Below, in pieces: positions 1-13,052 of a stretch of DNA of 64,000 nt. The notes under the pieces were generated by a model. It saw nothing but the letters and a program-made list of their open reading frames with translations. It made no database searches and had not been told where the DNA came from. Origin of the DNA: Octopus bimaculoides (lineage: Eukaryota). The stretch is taken from positions 3,124,643-3,188,642 of the forward strand of contig NC_069001.1 in assembly GCF_001194135.2 (NCBI RefSeq), written 5' to 3'. The position numbers were made by a program, and so were the translations under genes. The first letter of the stretch is position 1; every line of letters starts with the position of its first letter.

Positions 1-37
<37 letters not shown>

Positions 38-394
38 ATCAAATTCACATACACACACGTGCTTGCACACACAAACCCACCCACACATAATGTCTGATGA
101 GCTAAGAAATTACTAATAGTAATAAAAAACGAAGACGTTGCAAATGAAAAATAATATGTTTTAAAAAAAAACCCCTCCATCATAAATATAATAATTCTTG
201 TAAAATGATTACATAAAACGTTAATAGAATGTTAATGTAAAAAGTTCATATTCATTGGTAATTGAAATGTATATGTAAATAGATTCAGGTATTCAGGTGT
301 TCAACCTGTCTGTAATTAGTGGTTGCTTAAAAGGTCTCTCTATCTCTGTGATGACACTTAGATAGTTGAGATTTTTTTTTTTATTTATTAATAT

Positions 395-740
395 CTTTTA
401 TCTTTTACTTGTTTCAGTTATTGGACTGTGGCTATGCTGGGGCATCACCTGGAAGGGTTTAGTTGAACAAATAAAACCCACTCCTTTTTTTTTAAGCCTA
501 GTACTAATTCTATTGGTCTTTTTTGCTCAACCACCAAGTTAGAGGTATGTAAATGCATCAACACCAGTCACCAAGTGGTGGTGGTGAGTGGGGGAAATAT
601 ACACACATACACACACACAACCTTCTTCCAGTTTCCATCTTCCAAACCCACTCACAAGACCTTAGTTGGCCCAGGGCTATAATGGAAATCATTTGCCCAA
701 GGTGCCACACAGTGGGACTGAACCAAAGACCACACAGTTG
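395..740 (-). mobile_element. tRNA-derived SINE, family A
   Basis: Reverse complement reads ...GGTTCAGTCCCACTGTGTGGCACCTTGGGCAAATG..., then a (TG)n spacer, then ...CCAGCATAGCCACAGTCCAATAACTGAAACAAGTAAAAGATAAAAG. The same body recurs more than 10 times in the window. Confidence 0.8.
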
Positions 741-749
741 TCTCTCTAT

Positions 750-1060
750 CATACTTTAGCCTTTCAACACCCAGCATGAAGCCATCTTCACTCTCTAGGG
801 AGAGACCTAAGTAGGGTGGGCATCCCGGATGACCGACATTCTGGGAACCACAAAGTGACCCAGTTCTTGTACAGTATGGTGGTGTGTCTGTCTCAATAAT
901 CCTGAGAGCTGCGTTAACAGAGCGCAAAGGCCTGGTAAGGTCTCCCATACTGGGCAACTCAAAGGATAGAGGTGGGACCGCTATAAACCACCTCTTCCCT
1001 GAGGTAAAAATGATGAGTTTGTGTAGGACCAACACCCCCACCTAGTCAACAAGCAAAGTT
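750..1060 (-). mobile_element. Possible 5' region of an RTE-clade LINE
   Basis: Minus-strand cagtatgggagaccttaccagg...gcagctctcaggattattgagac resembles RTE-type leader sequences as I recall them. No RT or endonuclease motif is visible. Confidence 0.3.
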
Positions 1061-1851
1061 ACAGGAGCATCAATGACAATTCAAAACTAACAAGACCTGG
1101 AAGATGAAGGCCTTCCCTCTTGACATCGCATAAAAGCTGTAAATGATTGTCACTGTTATACAAGCAGTGTCATTCATTTCCAATTATTTATAGAGAGACG
1201 TAGACAGAGTGACAGATTAAAAGGGCAGAAACGATAGGAGCAGGGTAGATGGGGTGAGGAACGGAGTATATTGTGGTCAAGGAAGTTGTTGTCATGATAC
1301 CAGTAACATCACTACCTCCACCACCTTCACCACCACCACCATCACCACCACCACCATCACCACCACCACCATCACCACCACCACCACCATCACCACCACC
1401 ACCATCACCACCACCACCATCACCACCACCACCACCGTTATCATCATGAACACTGTTGTTACATTAATAACACATTTATGGTTTTTCTTCTAGTAAGTAA
1501 ATTTTTCTCTCCCAGCTTTAATATTATTAAATTTTTTGGTTTAAACTAGATAAATATGGTGGTAGTGGGAGGAGAAGGGAGGGGAAGGGACAGACAACTA
1601 ATCTTCACACATCCACCACTGCCGCCGTCGCCAACACCGGCATTTTAGCCAATAACAAGAAGAAAGAGACAAAAAAAAAAAACAAAATAGAAAAGTAAGA
1701 AAAACAAAGAAAAAAATCATTAAAAGATCAACAAGAAGGAAAAAGGATGGAAGAGAGAAAAAGAGAGAAGAGAAATAATTCAAGAAGTAAAAATACAATT
1801 ACTGGTGCATTAACAGTGTCTTGTTTGTTTCACTACTGAAGTGAAGTAGAA

Positions 1852-1896
<45 letters not shown>

Positions 1897-2017
1897 TATA
1901 TACAAATATATATATACATATATGTATATATACACATATACATACATATATATAAACATATATATATACATATATATACACATATACAAATATATATACA
2001 TATATACATTCATATAC

Positions 2018-2100
<83 letters not shown>

Positions 2101-2101
2101 A

Positions 2102-2144
<43 letters not shown>

Positions 2145-2199
2145 TACACATACACACACACATATGTATATACACACACACACACACACATATGTATTT

Positions 2200-2405
2200 A
2201 ATCTTTTACTTGCTTCACTCATTTGACTGTGGCCATGCTGGGGCATTGCCTTGAAGGGTTTCACTCAAATGAATCAACCCCAGTACTTTTATTTTTCTAA
2301 AAGCCTGATACTTATTGTCAGTTTCTTTTGTTAGACTGCTAAGTTATGAGGACATAAACAAACCAACACCAGTTGTCAAGTGGTGATGGGGGGAGGGGAC
2401 AAACC
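2200..2405 (-). mobile_element. SINE family A, 3' half
   Basis: cttttacttgcttcactcatttgactgtggccatgctggggc...caccagttgtcaagtggtg matches 395-600. Confidence 0.75.
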
Positions 2406-2722
2406 CAAACCCAGTCTGGGCATTTGATGCTGTAGATTAGGTTTCTGCTTTTACAGTTTGTATTCTTCTGGCTTTTGTGTGGATCTACTGATCAGCAAAG
2501 CAACACAATATCTGAGGCATTCAGTAAGAGACCATCGTAAGCACCACAACCCAGAAAGCGAGAAAAACACAGTCAAGGAATGATGTTAGGAAGCTGGTTT
2601 CGGTCTTAAAATGACCATGAAGACCTCATCTAATCATCGGACCTATGTAAAATTATTTATTTATGCATACATCTGAAAGATGAAACAATAACTGCATCTT
2701 CCTCATTTTGTAGAATATCTGT

Positions 2723-2907
2723 TGGCACTCCGTCGCTTACGACGTCGAGGGTTCCAGTTGATCCGACCAACGGAACAGCCTGCTCGTGAAATTAACGTGC
2801 AAGTGGCTGAGCACTCCGCAGACACATGTACCCTTAACGCAGTTGTTAGGGTGATTCAGTATGACACAGAGTGTGACAAGGCCGGCCCTTTGAAATACAG
2901 GTACAAC
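2723..2907 (-). mobile_element. SINE family D, 3' half (young-looking, CpGs intact)
   Basis: tggcactccgtcgcttacgacg...ggccctttgaaatacaggtacaac. Homologous decayed copy at 9720-9900; its end overlaps the family D head copy at 29320. Confidence 0.75.
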
Positions 2908-3865
2908 AGAAACCACTTAACAGAGGGCACAAGGTGCTTTCTATGTGCCACTGGCATCGGTGCATTGATTCAGCACCAGCATAGGTGTGTTAACACAGCA
3001 CTGGCACAGGTGTTTATTAAGTGGCACCAACACCTGAAAGGAAAAACCTTTATGTATAGAAGACACAGTGGTTTTATTTAACCTGACATGTCTTAGAAAA
3101 TGCTGCAAATCACCACATGCAAATTGGTCTCAAGAATTTAGTTAATCTTTTAATAATAGCAAAATTATAAAGCGTATCTCCATGGATAGTTAAAGTGGGT
3201 ACTCGGTCATTTGTACAGGATTGAAATTAAACCGGTTGACCCTTTCGCTGTCTTTTTATTTTGTTCTTGTTTATGTTTTATATAAAGACAACTTGTTTAC
3301 GTCTGTTTATTACAAACAGCATTGGCTAAAAACAACAACAAAAACAGAAATTATTGATATAGTCTGTAACATGAAAATAAATATAACTGAAGGAGAGGAA
3401 GACAAGCGGAAGAGAAACGCATATGAAATGAAGGAGAGAGAGAGAAGACAAAGGAAATATTTAAAAGGAGAGAGTAAAGGGGTAAAAGGGTGAGGATAAG
3501 AGGAAAAACAAAGGAAAAAAAAATCAAAGATTTGTCTGGTATTGAATATTTCTGATGTTTTGTGTCATTGCTTAATAAAAACAAGAGGGGAAAACAAAAA
3601 AAGCCATCACCAATCTAATTATCTGGTTCTAATTAACTATGAAGGAGAGTAATGAAAAAACAAGTTTACAGCAAACAGCTTGAAAATAAGAGAAGCTAAA
3701 AGAGCCTGGAAGGAAGGTGGGGATATGGTTTAGAGAGAAACACCTGAGACTGTTTTTATGGAGAATATTGTTTGTTAGACACATCTCAGTTTGAACATGT
3801 GTGTATGTGTGTGTTTATGTATATAAGTGTATGTGTATATATATATACATATATGTATGTATAAT

Positions 3866-3903
<38 letters not shown>

Positions 3904-4844
3904 NNNNNNNNNNNNNNNNNNNNNNNNNNNNNNNNNNNNNNNNNNNNNNNNNNNNNNNNNNNNNNNNNNNNNNNNNNNNNNNNNNNNNNNNNNNNNNNNN
4001 NNNNNNNNNNNNNNNNNNNNNNNNNNNNNNNNNNNNNNNNNNNNNNNNNNNNNNNNNNNNNNNNNNNNNNNNNNNNNNNNNNNTATATAAAGTTATAATG
4101 AAAGCTCTATCCATTTTGTTTTTAAAGTAAATATCAAGTTAGATTTTAAAGGTGTTTAACTTCTCAATTCTATTTGAAATACAACAAAAACATTAATATA
4201 TCATTTTCTTCCATTTTCTTAGAAGATTTTATCAATTTGATCATAATTGAAGTTGTTCACTTCGTGTTCACTTCAAGCAAAGAATATATTCATCATTTTA
4301 TTCTTTATAAATTAAAAAAAGTAACAGAACAAGTACACACAAGTAATCACAAGTTTAAATGGTGTATAGTAGACATACGTATGTATGTATGTACATGCAT
4401 GTCTGTGTGTGTGTGTGTGTGAGTGTTTCTTTGTGATGGACAGCAGAAAAGCCACCCATCCCCTTTCTACTTAAAGCTACATGTTCCTCACACCCACCTT
4501 TCACTGTGTGTGTGTGTGTGTTGTATCTATGTATTTATGAAAATATGTATGCAGCACTGCGTGTATATGACAGCTTGATTAACAATATCATCCCATTCTT
4601 ACTACTGTTTTTGCCTTCACTGATATAAGTCTCTGATACTACCTCAGACTTATACTTTTTGCACTCTTCTCATTTTATCATATAATTTGCCCAAACACCC
4701 TGGAGGGCACATTATAGATTTTTATTGAAATTCAATTGGGGCTATTATTGAACTGGATGTTAGTATCACAAGTATGCAAAGTTTCATGAATATTGGTTTG
4801 ATAAGTGAAAGAGTGAGTGGGAGAATGTCTGCATGTTTGCCTAC

Positions 4845-4949
4845 CTTCAGTGTTTCCTTCAAGATGAAAGCAATCAGGACTTCATCCAGCCGATTCTTAC
4901 GCGTTACCAAGTCTTTCGAAAGATCCGTTACAGATCCATTCTGACACAA
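4845..4949 (-). CDS. MYO3: Class III myosin kinase domain exon (105 bp, 35 aa)
   Basis: LCQNGSVTDLSKDLVTRKNRLDEVLIAFILKETLK. Acceptor ctcttttcCAG| at 4950; donor AAG|GTAG at 4845/4844; phase 0/0. Resembles the myosin III segment LCxGGSVTDLVKxLxxxxxRxxExxIAYIL. Confidence 0.95.
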
Positions 4950-5282
4950 CTGGAAAAGAGGAAAATAAACAAATGATTCATCTTTCAGATGTGGAACAAT
5001 GAATGAATGAATCTCTACATCAAAGGTCCTCAACCAATTTTTCTTTTTTTGACCTGTCGACCCCTTTGATTTCTATTATACTCAGGTGGACCCTTATAGT
5101 CATTCGGTGTTTAAAAAAATCCTATTGTATTTTCATAATGGAGAAGAGGAGAGAGAAGAGGAGAAAGAGGAGGAGGAAGAGGAGAGGAGGGAGGGAGGGA
5201 GAAAATGACGGTAACAAAGACACAAAGAAAGGCTAAGAAATTCAAAGAAGGAGATGGAAGGAAATCAAAAGCCATCACTCAC

Positions 5283-5455
5283 CTCCATGACAATCCATAA
5301 CTGGTCATCCAGTTTGTTTTCTTTCTTCAGGTACAATCCATAGAATTGTGGGAAATTAGGGTTATTACTCACAGCCTTTAGAATCTGATATTCCTGCTCG
5401 ATCTCTTCAACAGTCTCGTGGATGTTCTCCAATATTTTGGCAGCAGCCTTTTGGC
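5283..5455 (-). CDS. MYO3: Class III myosin kinase domain exon (catalytic Lys, alphaC helix, hinge)
   Basis: G|GC junction completes the phase-1 intron, then QKAAAKILENIHETVEEIEQEYQILKAVSNNPNFPQFYGLYLKKENKLDDQLWIVME. Acceptor tgcag| at 5456; donor GAG|GTGAG at 5283/5282, phase 0. The QKAAxKIL..IH..EEIE.EY.IL..PN..FYG.Y.KK pattern fits myosin III better than TNIK/MAP4K kinases. Confidence 0.95.
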
Positions 5456-5521
5456 CTGCAACAATATCAAAGACAGATGGAGTAATGCCTGTCTGAACCT
5501 GATGCCAGTTGGTTGCTGGTT

Positions 5522-5721
5522 TCAAGCCCAGTAATTTTGAGGGAGGGGGGGACAGGTCAGTTACATCAACCCCAGTATTTGATTTGTCCTATGTTTTATC
5601 AACCCCAAACGGATGAAAAGTAAAGTTGACTTCAGCAAGATTTGAACTCAGAACATAAAGAGCTGGAAAAAATGCCGCTAAGCATTTTAGTCCAATGCAC
5701 TAACGATTCCGCCAGCTCACC
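5522..5721 (-). mobile_element. tRNA-derived SINE, family B, in the first kinase intron
   Basis: Reverse complement GGTGAGCTGGCGGAATCGTTAGTGCATTGGACTAAAATGCTTAGCGGC...GAGTTCAAATCTTGCTGAAGTCAACTTTAC shows box A/B-like motifs. About 15 related copies in the window. Confidence 0.8.
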
Positions 5722-6113
5722 ATCTGTTTTCTTGTTAATTACCGATGTCTAATTATATAAACATCAAAAAATATATGTATGGCAAGCATGGCATGGCAGT
5801 GCTCAAGCATGGCCTGAACAAAGACAAAGGGTTAAATTTAGTAAAAGAGTGATGATGATGATGATGATGATGATAATGATGATGATGATGATAATGATGA
5901 TGACAAGAATGACAATGGTGATCATGACAATTAAAATGATGGTAGTGGTGGTGGTGGTGGTGATAATGGTGGTGGTGGTGATAATGGTGGTGGTGGTGAT
6001 AATGATGATGATGGTGGTGGTGGTGAGTGGTGATGGTGTTGATGACAGTGAAGGATGACAATCCTACTGATGACAACGATGATGATGGTGATGATAAATA
6101 GGGATCATCTCAC

Positions 6114-6317
6114 CTGTTTGTTTGTTTCTCACAGCGTACACCTCTCCATAGGTGCCTTCTCCAACCAGTTCCTGCAGCTCCCATATTTCCGTGGGATCTT
6201 TAAGCTGGTCGAAATTAACTATCTTGCTGTACTTGGAATACATTTTTAACATATCTGCCCTTTGAACATCACGTTTAGGACTTCCCAATGGGGCACGGCG
6301 CTTGGAGCTGACTCCCG
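6114..6317 (-). CDS. MYO3: Class III myosin (MYO3/NINAC-like) exon: start of the kinase domain; likely ATG at 6252 or 6243, or spliced to an upstream coding exon
   Basis: Translates (GVSSKRRAPLGSPKRDVQRAD)MLKMYSKYSKIVNFDQLKDPTEIWELQELVGEGTYGEVYAVRNKQT-G, with the glycine-rich loop GEGTYG. Acceptor ttccattttCAG at 6318-6320; donor CAG|GTGAG at 6114/6113, phase 1. Confidence 0.92.
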
Positions 6318-6816
6318 CTGAAAATGGAAAAAATTTGGAAACAAATATAAATATTGATGATTCAAAACGAATTGTGAAACAGATGTAGGAAAATATAAAA
6401 CAAATGCATCAGATTTGAAGACAGAAGTAAATATTAGTGATTGAAAATAGATTATGAAACAGATGTGAGGAAAAACCAACAGATGCAGAAAATGTAAAAT
6501 GGATGGACAGATGTAAAACATATGTGAAATAGATGCTCTTCTTTTTTATATTCTTTTTGTCTCAAACAAGGATTAAGGTCTCTGTAGCATTAAGAGACTT
6601 CAAAAACTAAATGAAATGAAGTAAAATATTAACCTTTAACAGAAGTGAAAATTGAGTTTGTCATCAAAGCCTAAGATTAAGTGAATGAGTTACACTCAAA
6701 GATGTGAGTAGTCGGAGCTGAGTCTCAAAGACAACTGAGCTGGTTAGAGTCATACATAACACCAAATCCAGACTCAACCAATGGACTAAACACTCAGTAT
6801 TCATTCATAGAAGCCA

Positions 6817-6847
<31 letters not shown>

Positions 6848-7715
6848 TGCACACAGAAACACAAGTACACAGACAGGTACAAACACACACACACACAGAG
6901 GCTCGCTCAAGCACACACACACACACAGAACAGCACAAACGCACACACATGCACACAGAAACACAAGTACACAGGTACAAACACACACACACAGAGGCTC
7001 TCACACAAGCACACGCACACACAGACAGGTATACATGCACACACATATAGGTATACATATATATATACACACACACACAAAGACATGAACACATACAGAG
7101 AGACACAAACACACACACACAAACATACACATGCATGCACACAAACACACACACACAAGTAGATACACAGATACAATCAAGAATGAGCTTTATTGTTATT
7201 TTCTTTTCTTACACTTTTAGATTTCCATAGATTATTCTCCAGCATTTATATATATCTTATAGATAACCCCGTTTATAAACTCTACACACCTCCAGATGCT
7301 CAAACAGAATAAAAAAACAAAAATAGTAATAATAATAACCCAGAAAATTTCACCAAAAGTCATCGAACTGGAGAAAAAAATCAATAGGATCGGCAGATTC
7401 AGGTTGAAACATGAGAATAAATGCGAAATTAAATATCTTCACAACCCCAAATTTTTTTCTATATTTAATATTTGCTGCACACCTTTTGTGCAGCAGACTT
7501 TCTATGGAAGCCACAAAGTGCTGAGATTTCTTTATCATCAAAAATGATGAGAAAGTTATATAAATGTGGGTTCTATTAAATTTTCCTTATTTTTCCTTTA
7601 TTTGTTATTTCGTGATATTGAAGAATGGGTTAGGCAGGAAGAGATTGTATTTTATATCAGTTTCAAACATGTTATCACAATGGGTTTGATAGTTTTGCAA
7701 ATGAATATGTGTATT

Positions 7716-7767
<52 letters not shown>

Positions 7768-7768
7768 C

Positions 7769-8130
7769 GGCCTTGAAGGGTTTTAGTCATATACATCAAC
7801 CCCAGTATTTCTTTAAGCTTGGTACTTAGTCTATCAATCTCTTTTGTTGAACTGCTAAGTTAGAGGTACATAAACAAACCAACACTAGTTGTCAAGAGAA
7901 ATCAAACATGGGCACAAAGACATGCATATGCACACACACACACACACACACACGCGCACAATAGGCTTTCACACAGTTTCCATCAACCAAATTCACTCAC
8001 AAGGCATTGGTTGGCCCAGGGCTATAGTAGAAGACTCTTGCTCAAGATGCTGCACAGTGGGACTGAATCTGGAAGCACCAGGTTATAAAGCAAGCTTCCA
8101 AACCACCCAGCCACCATGCCTGCACCTATA
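7769..8130 (-). mobile_element. SINE family A, near full length
   Basis: Same body as 395-740, with an internal (CA)n. Confidence 0.75.
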
Positions 8131-8801
8131 AGGAACTCATAGGTGCAGGCATGATTTTGATTATAAAAGAAATACGAGGTATTTTATGAAAACAACATCA
8201 ACAAAAAAAAAAAAAACAGCATACATATTCATAAATAACAACTTGAGAATGAGAAATTAAATATGAGTCTACCAACAGAAATTGAACTCAACACCACTTG
8301 CTTACTGGTTAAACATGCTAACCAAAGACTATTGACTTACTTGTATCAAACTCCACCAGTCTTAAAATAACTCTGTCTCCCAGCATTCTTTGTCCCATTC
8401 TGGTGCTAACTATGGTCAATTGTCCATTTAAATTAAAGCCAGTATATACATCATCATCATCATCATCATCATCATCATTAGTATGATCGTTGTCATCGTT
8501 TTAACATTCCCATGTCAGCAAGATTTGGTGGACCTCCCAGAATGCAAATCAATTATCATTTGTTTCATCAACTGTTCTCTCGAGTCCAGGGTTCTGATAT
8601 CAAACCTCATTACTTCTTCCTATCCTTTCCATGGTCTTTAATGTAATGTTTATATGCTGCATATGGACACGGTATATATAATGTATATAAAATGTGTGCA
8701 TGCGAGGAACTTGGTCATAAAAGGTGTATACAATGTATTGAGCTATAAAATAAATATATATATATATATATATATGAAGTACCTATAGCTAATTGCTTAT
8801 A

Positions 8802-8840
<39 letters not shown>

Positions 8841-9501
8841 AATTTTATCCACCGATGCTATGTTGAGCACTCACTCTCATGGTTCGACATTTATGTGTAT
8901 GTGTATATATATGAAATGGACAAAAGTTATAAAGTAAATGTGTGTATAATCTATAAAAGAATATTGATGATCAACACTTTGGAGTTTCAGTGAATGAATG
9001 TGGAGCTTATAACCAAAGAATTGGGGTCCAGCAATGAAATATAGGGATTAGTAATCAAAATGTTAGATGCACTCAACCAGAGGTTCATCTGTCCTTAGTT
9101 AGAAGCATGAGGCAAAAAGTATGAGGTTGGGGTGGTGGGAGTGTAGCTCTCATTAGAATTGAACCCACAATAAAATTTCATTTTCTTTTTAAAAACTCCA
9201 AATAAGGATACTGTAAGGATATAAGGTAGATTGCTTTGCAGTTTAAGTAGCAATCTTGTCATCTGGCAAGAAATTTTTTTGTTAATGTAATCATCATCAT
9301 CATCATCATCACTGTTTAACGTCCTCCTTCTATGCTGGCATTGGTTGGACAGTTTCACAGGAGTTGGCACTAGACTTCTTTGCCTGTTATATATATATAT
9401 GGTTTGTAGATATTTGACTTCTATTTTTAGTGTATAGGTGATGGTATTCCAGAGCCCTTATTTATAATTTTATTTTATAATATATACTTTAAAAAAAAAA
9501 A

Positions 9502-9540
<39 letters not shown>

Positions 9541-9719
9541 TACACCATCAATTTTCCAGAAGCTTTGGTTCCAAAGCCTTTTGGGATAACTGATTTTTCT
9601 GAACCAGAAGTGGCCAATTTGGTCAACACACTTTAGATTAAACAAATATTAAATTTACTTCGATAATTAAATGAAATACAGGTATTTCTACATTAGTGTA
9701 AATTATTGCCAATCATAAC

Positions 9720-9900
9720 TGGCACTCGAGCAGTCATGATGACAAAGGTTCCAGTTGATCTGATCAATGGAACAGCTTGCTTGTAAAAATAATGTGCAAA
9801 TTGCTGAGCACTGCACAGACATGCAGACCCTTAACATTGTTCTCACAAGGATTCTGCGTGACACAGAGTGTGACAAGGCTGGCCCTTTAAAATACAGTTT
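9720..9900 (-). mobile_element. SINE family D, 3' half, decayed
   Basis: Aligns to 2723-2900 with CpG>TpG changes (ccga>ctga, acgg>atgg, ctcg>cttg, acgt>atgt). Confidence 0.7.
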
Positions 9901-9941
9901 TTGATTATAAGAGACTCCAGATCATCAGTGTCCAGAAAATT

Positions 9942-9985
<44 letters not shown>

Positions 9986-10981
9986 TGTTGTTCTTTGAAA
10001 AACTATCAGAAATGTATATATGTATGTGTTATGAACAGGATGGTTTCAAGACAGCCTTTTTTTTTCCTTGTATAGAAACACNNNNNNNNNNNNNNNNNNN
10101 NNNNNNNNNNNNNNNNNNNNNNNNNNNNNNNNNNNNNNNNNNNNNNNNNNNNNNNNNNNNNNNNNNNNNNNNNNNNNNNNNNNNNNNNNNNNNNNNNNNN
10201 NNNNNNNNNNNNNNNNNNNNNNNNNNNNNNNNNNNNNNNNNNNNNNNNNNNNNNNNNNNNNNNNNNNNNNNNNNNNNNNNNNNNNNNNNNNNNNNNNNNN
10301 NNNNNNNNNNNNNNNNNNNNNNNNNNNNNNNNNNNNNNNNNNNNNNNNNNNNNNNNNNNNNNNNNNNATTAGTTCTCATGACGATGTTGCCAAATTTATC
10401 GCTGCTACCACAAATAGAAGACCTTCATCAAGTGAGGGGAGGTGGTTCAGAATAAAAATAAAATCTTGAAACCCCAAACTCTAACCCTCCTTAACCATTC
10501 CATATCCTTACAACAACTGCCCACCCATCCACCTTGTTTGTTAAAGATGATCCGACAGCGAGGATGACTGGAAAGCAAGAAACATGGATCTTTGTGTCAA
10601 GTATCTTCACCTTTCACACACACACACACACCAACAGACAGGTGACACCAGCAAGGTGGGGGGGGGGGAGAAGAAATGAAGAACTAAGGGTGTTTTTTTT
10701 GTTTTTTCCCTTTTTGTTTCAGATGAAAACTAAACCAGGGAGACTCTCTTCACATAGGTGGAAAGTCTCAAACTTCTCAACCTGTCACCAACATGTGGTA
10801 CAGTGCATTCATATTGATCGATTCGCACACAATAAGTACAATTCAAGGATTTAAACATTTTTCAGTTTGTCTCGTTCCATTACAAAACATGAATACCTCT
10901 ACTAACGCAACCACCACATCCATCTGTACAAATACATTCATACATGTGCACACATACATACACTCACACATGCATACACAG

Positions 10982-11020
<39 letters not shown>

Positions 11021-11170
11021 GTTAATGCTAGTTCTTGTGTTCAGTTATAATCCTTTCAGCTGTAGGCAAAACGCCCCTGAAATTTGGGGAGAGTGGTCAA
11101 GTCGATTACATCAACCCCAGAGTTTCACTGGTACTTAATTTATTGAACCCAAAACGATGAAAGGCAAAGT

Positions 11171-11202
<32 letters not shown>

Positions 11203-12268
11203 AATGTGTGTAAGTGCATGCGTACATACATATAAATGGGTGAGTGTTTTTATGTTTTTATGTTTGTGTTGGTTTGTTTATGGCTCTGTAACTCTGCAGT
11301 TCAGCAAAAAGAGAGAGATAGAATAAGAACCAAATTTATGAAAAAAAAAAAAACAAAATGAAATAAACCACTGGAGGCAATTTGTTCAAATAAATCCTTC
11401 ATGGCAGTGCCCCAGCATGGTCGCACTCCATTGACTGAAACCAGTAAAAGATAAAAGATGTTTTTTTTTGGTTGTTGTTTTTGATTCTTTTTTTTTGTCC
11501 ATTTTTTTCTTTTTGGTTTCTTCCTTTGTTTTTAAGAGATGTCACATCAAAAGCTAGAAAGTACAGTTATGGCTTTCAATATCTCAAACTGCTGCACTCT
11601 AAATTATAAACTGACATATCTACACAGGAATGCTAAAATCCTTCAAACTACCATTCCGATAATGTCTTTGCATATTTGTTGGTTTGTTTTGATTGTACTG
11701 ATTTTATTATTTTTCTGTTTTGTTTGTTTTACTTATTTCTGAAATATTTCTATTCATGACAGAATTCGCAATATTGGATTTACTATGAAACACTTTGTGT
11801 GTGTGCGTGTGTGTGCTCGCGTGTGTGTGCTCGCGTGTGTGTGCTCGCGTGTGTGTGTGTTTGTGCATGTATGTGTGTGTCTGTGTCTGTGTGCATGTGC
11901 ATGTGTGAATGCATGTCTGTTTGTGCATGTATGTGTGTGTGCATGTGCATGTGTGCGAGTGTGAGTGTGAGTCTGTGTGCATGTGTGTGTGTCTGTGTGT
12001 GCATGTGTGTGTATTTGTGTTTGCATTGTGTGTGTGTATGTCTGTGTGCACGTGTGTGCATGTCAGTATGTGCATGTGTGTCTATGTGTGCCTGTGTGTG
12101 TGTGTGCACGTGCATGCGTCTATGTGTGCATGCGTGTGTGTGTGTATGTGTATGTGTGTAAGCATATGTGCATGCATGTGTGAGTATGTATGTGCATTAT
12201 GTGTATTGACTATTTATATTCAATACACATATAGTTATGTGGCAGTTATATATATACATAATGTATTG

Positions 12269-12306
<38 letters not shown>

Positions 12307-12317
12307 ANNNNNNNNNN

Positions 12318-12364
<47 letters not shown>

Positions 12365-12897
12365 AAGTGAGTGAGAGAGAGAAAGAAAAAGAGAGAAGAT
12401 ACAATAGGGCCAAATGGTTAAGAAGTTTGCTCGACAACCACCACTGGCAAATATAAATTTTCTATAGCTGTGGGCCAACATGTAACTTACGAGTGAAACT
12501 GGGTCAATGGAAACTGTGCAGAATCTTGTACCTGTAATTTAAAATGTAAAGCCTTCACACACGCACACACACACACACACAGTCTCTCTCACACACACAC
12601 ACACACAGTCTCTCACACACACACATTGTGTTATGCTGATTCTGATTGAAAATTACATTACGGATATATGTGTTGGTGGAATATTCAGCCACTTACATGC
12701 TAATTAAGGAGCAGGTAATTCAGTTCATCAAATAACTAAATCCATATTGTCAAAACTAACAAAGAACCATTTATATGTATTGAAACTGTGATGATATTTG
12801 CTAAACAGCTGATGATGGGTTGAGTATGTTTGCATTCATTTGTGTTGCTTTTTGATTTTCTTGAATAATTCTTTGTCCCTCTGTGCTACCTATTTCA

Positions 12898-12940
<43 letters not shown>

Positions 12941-13005
12941 NNNNNNNNNNNNNNNNNNNNNNNNNNNNNNNNNNNNNNNNNNNNNNNNNNNNNNNNNNNN
13001 NNNNN

Positions 13006-13052
<47 letters not shown>

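Noticed and set aside
320-360. CAC AGA GAT (HRD-like) on the minus strand as the next kinase exon
   Set aside because: It reads HHRDRETF then stop, with no VKGxNILL or DFG and no suitable splice sites. The next exon is probably outside the window or in a gap.
2722-3081. 119-aa plus-strand ORF
   Set aside because: It starts at a non-ATG codon and lies over a SINE D copy and a family C fragment.
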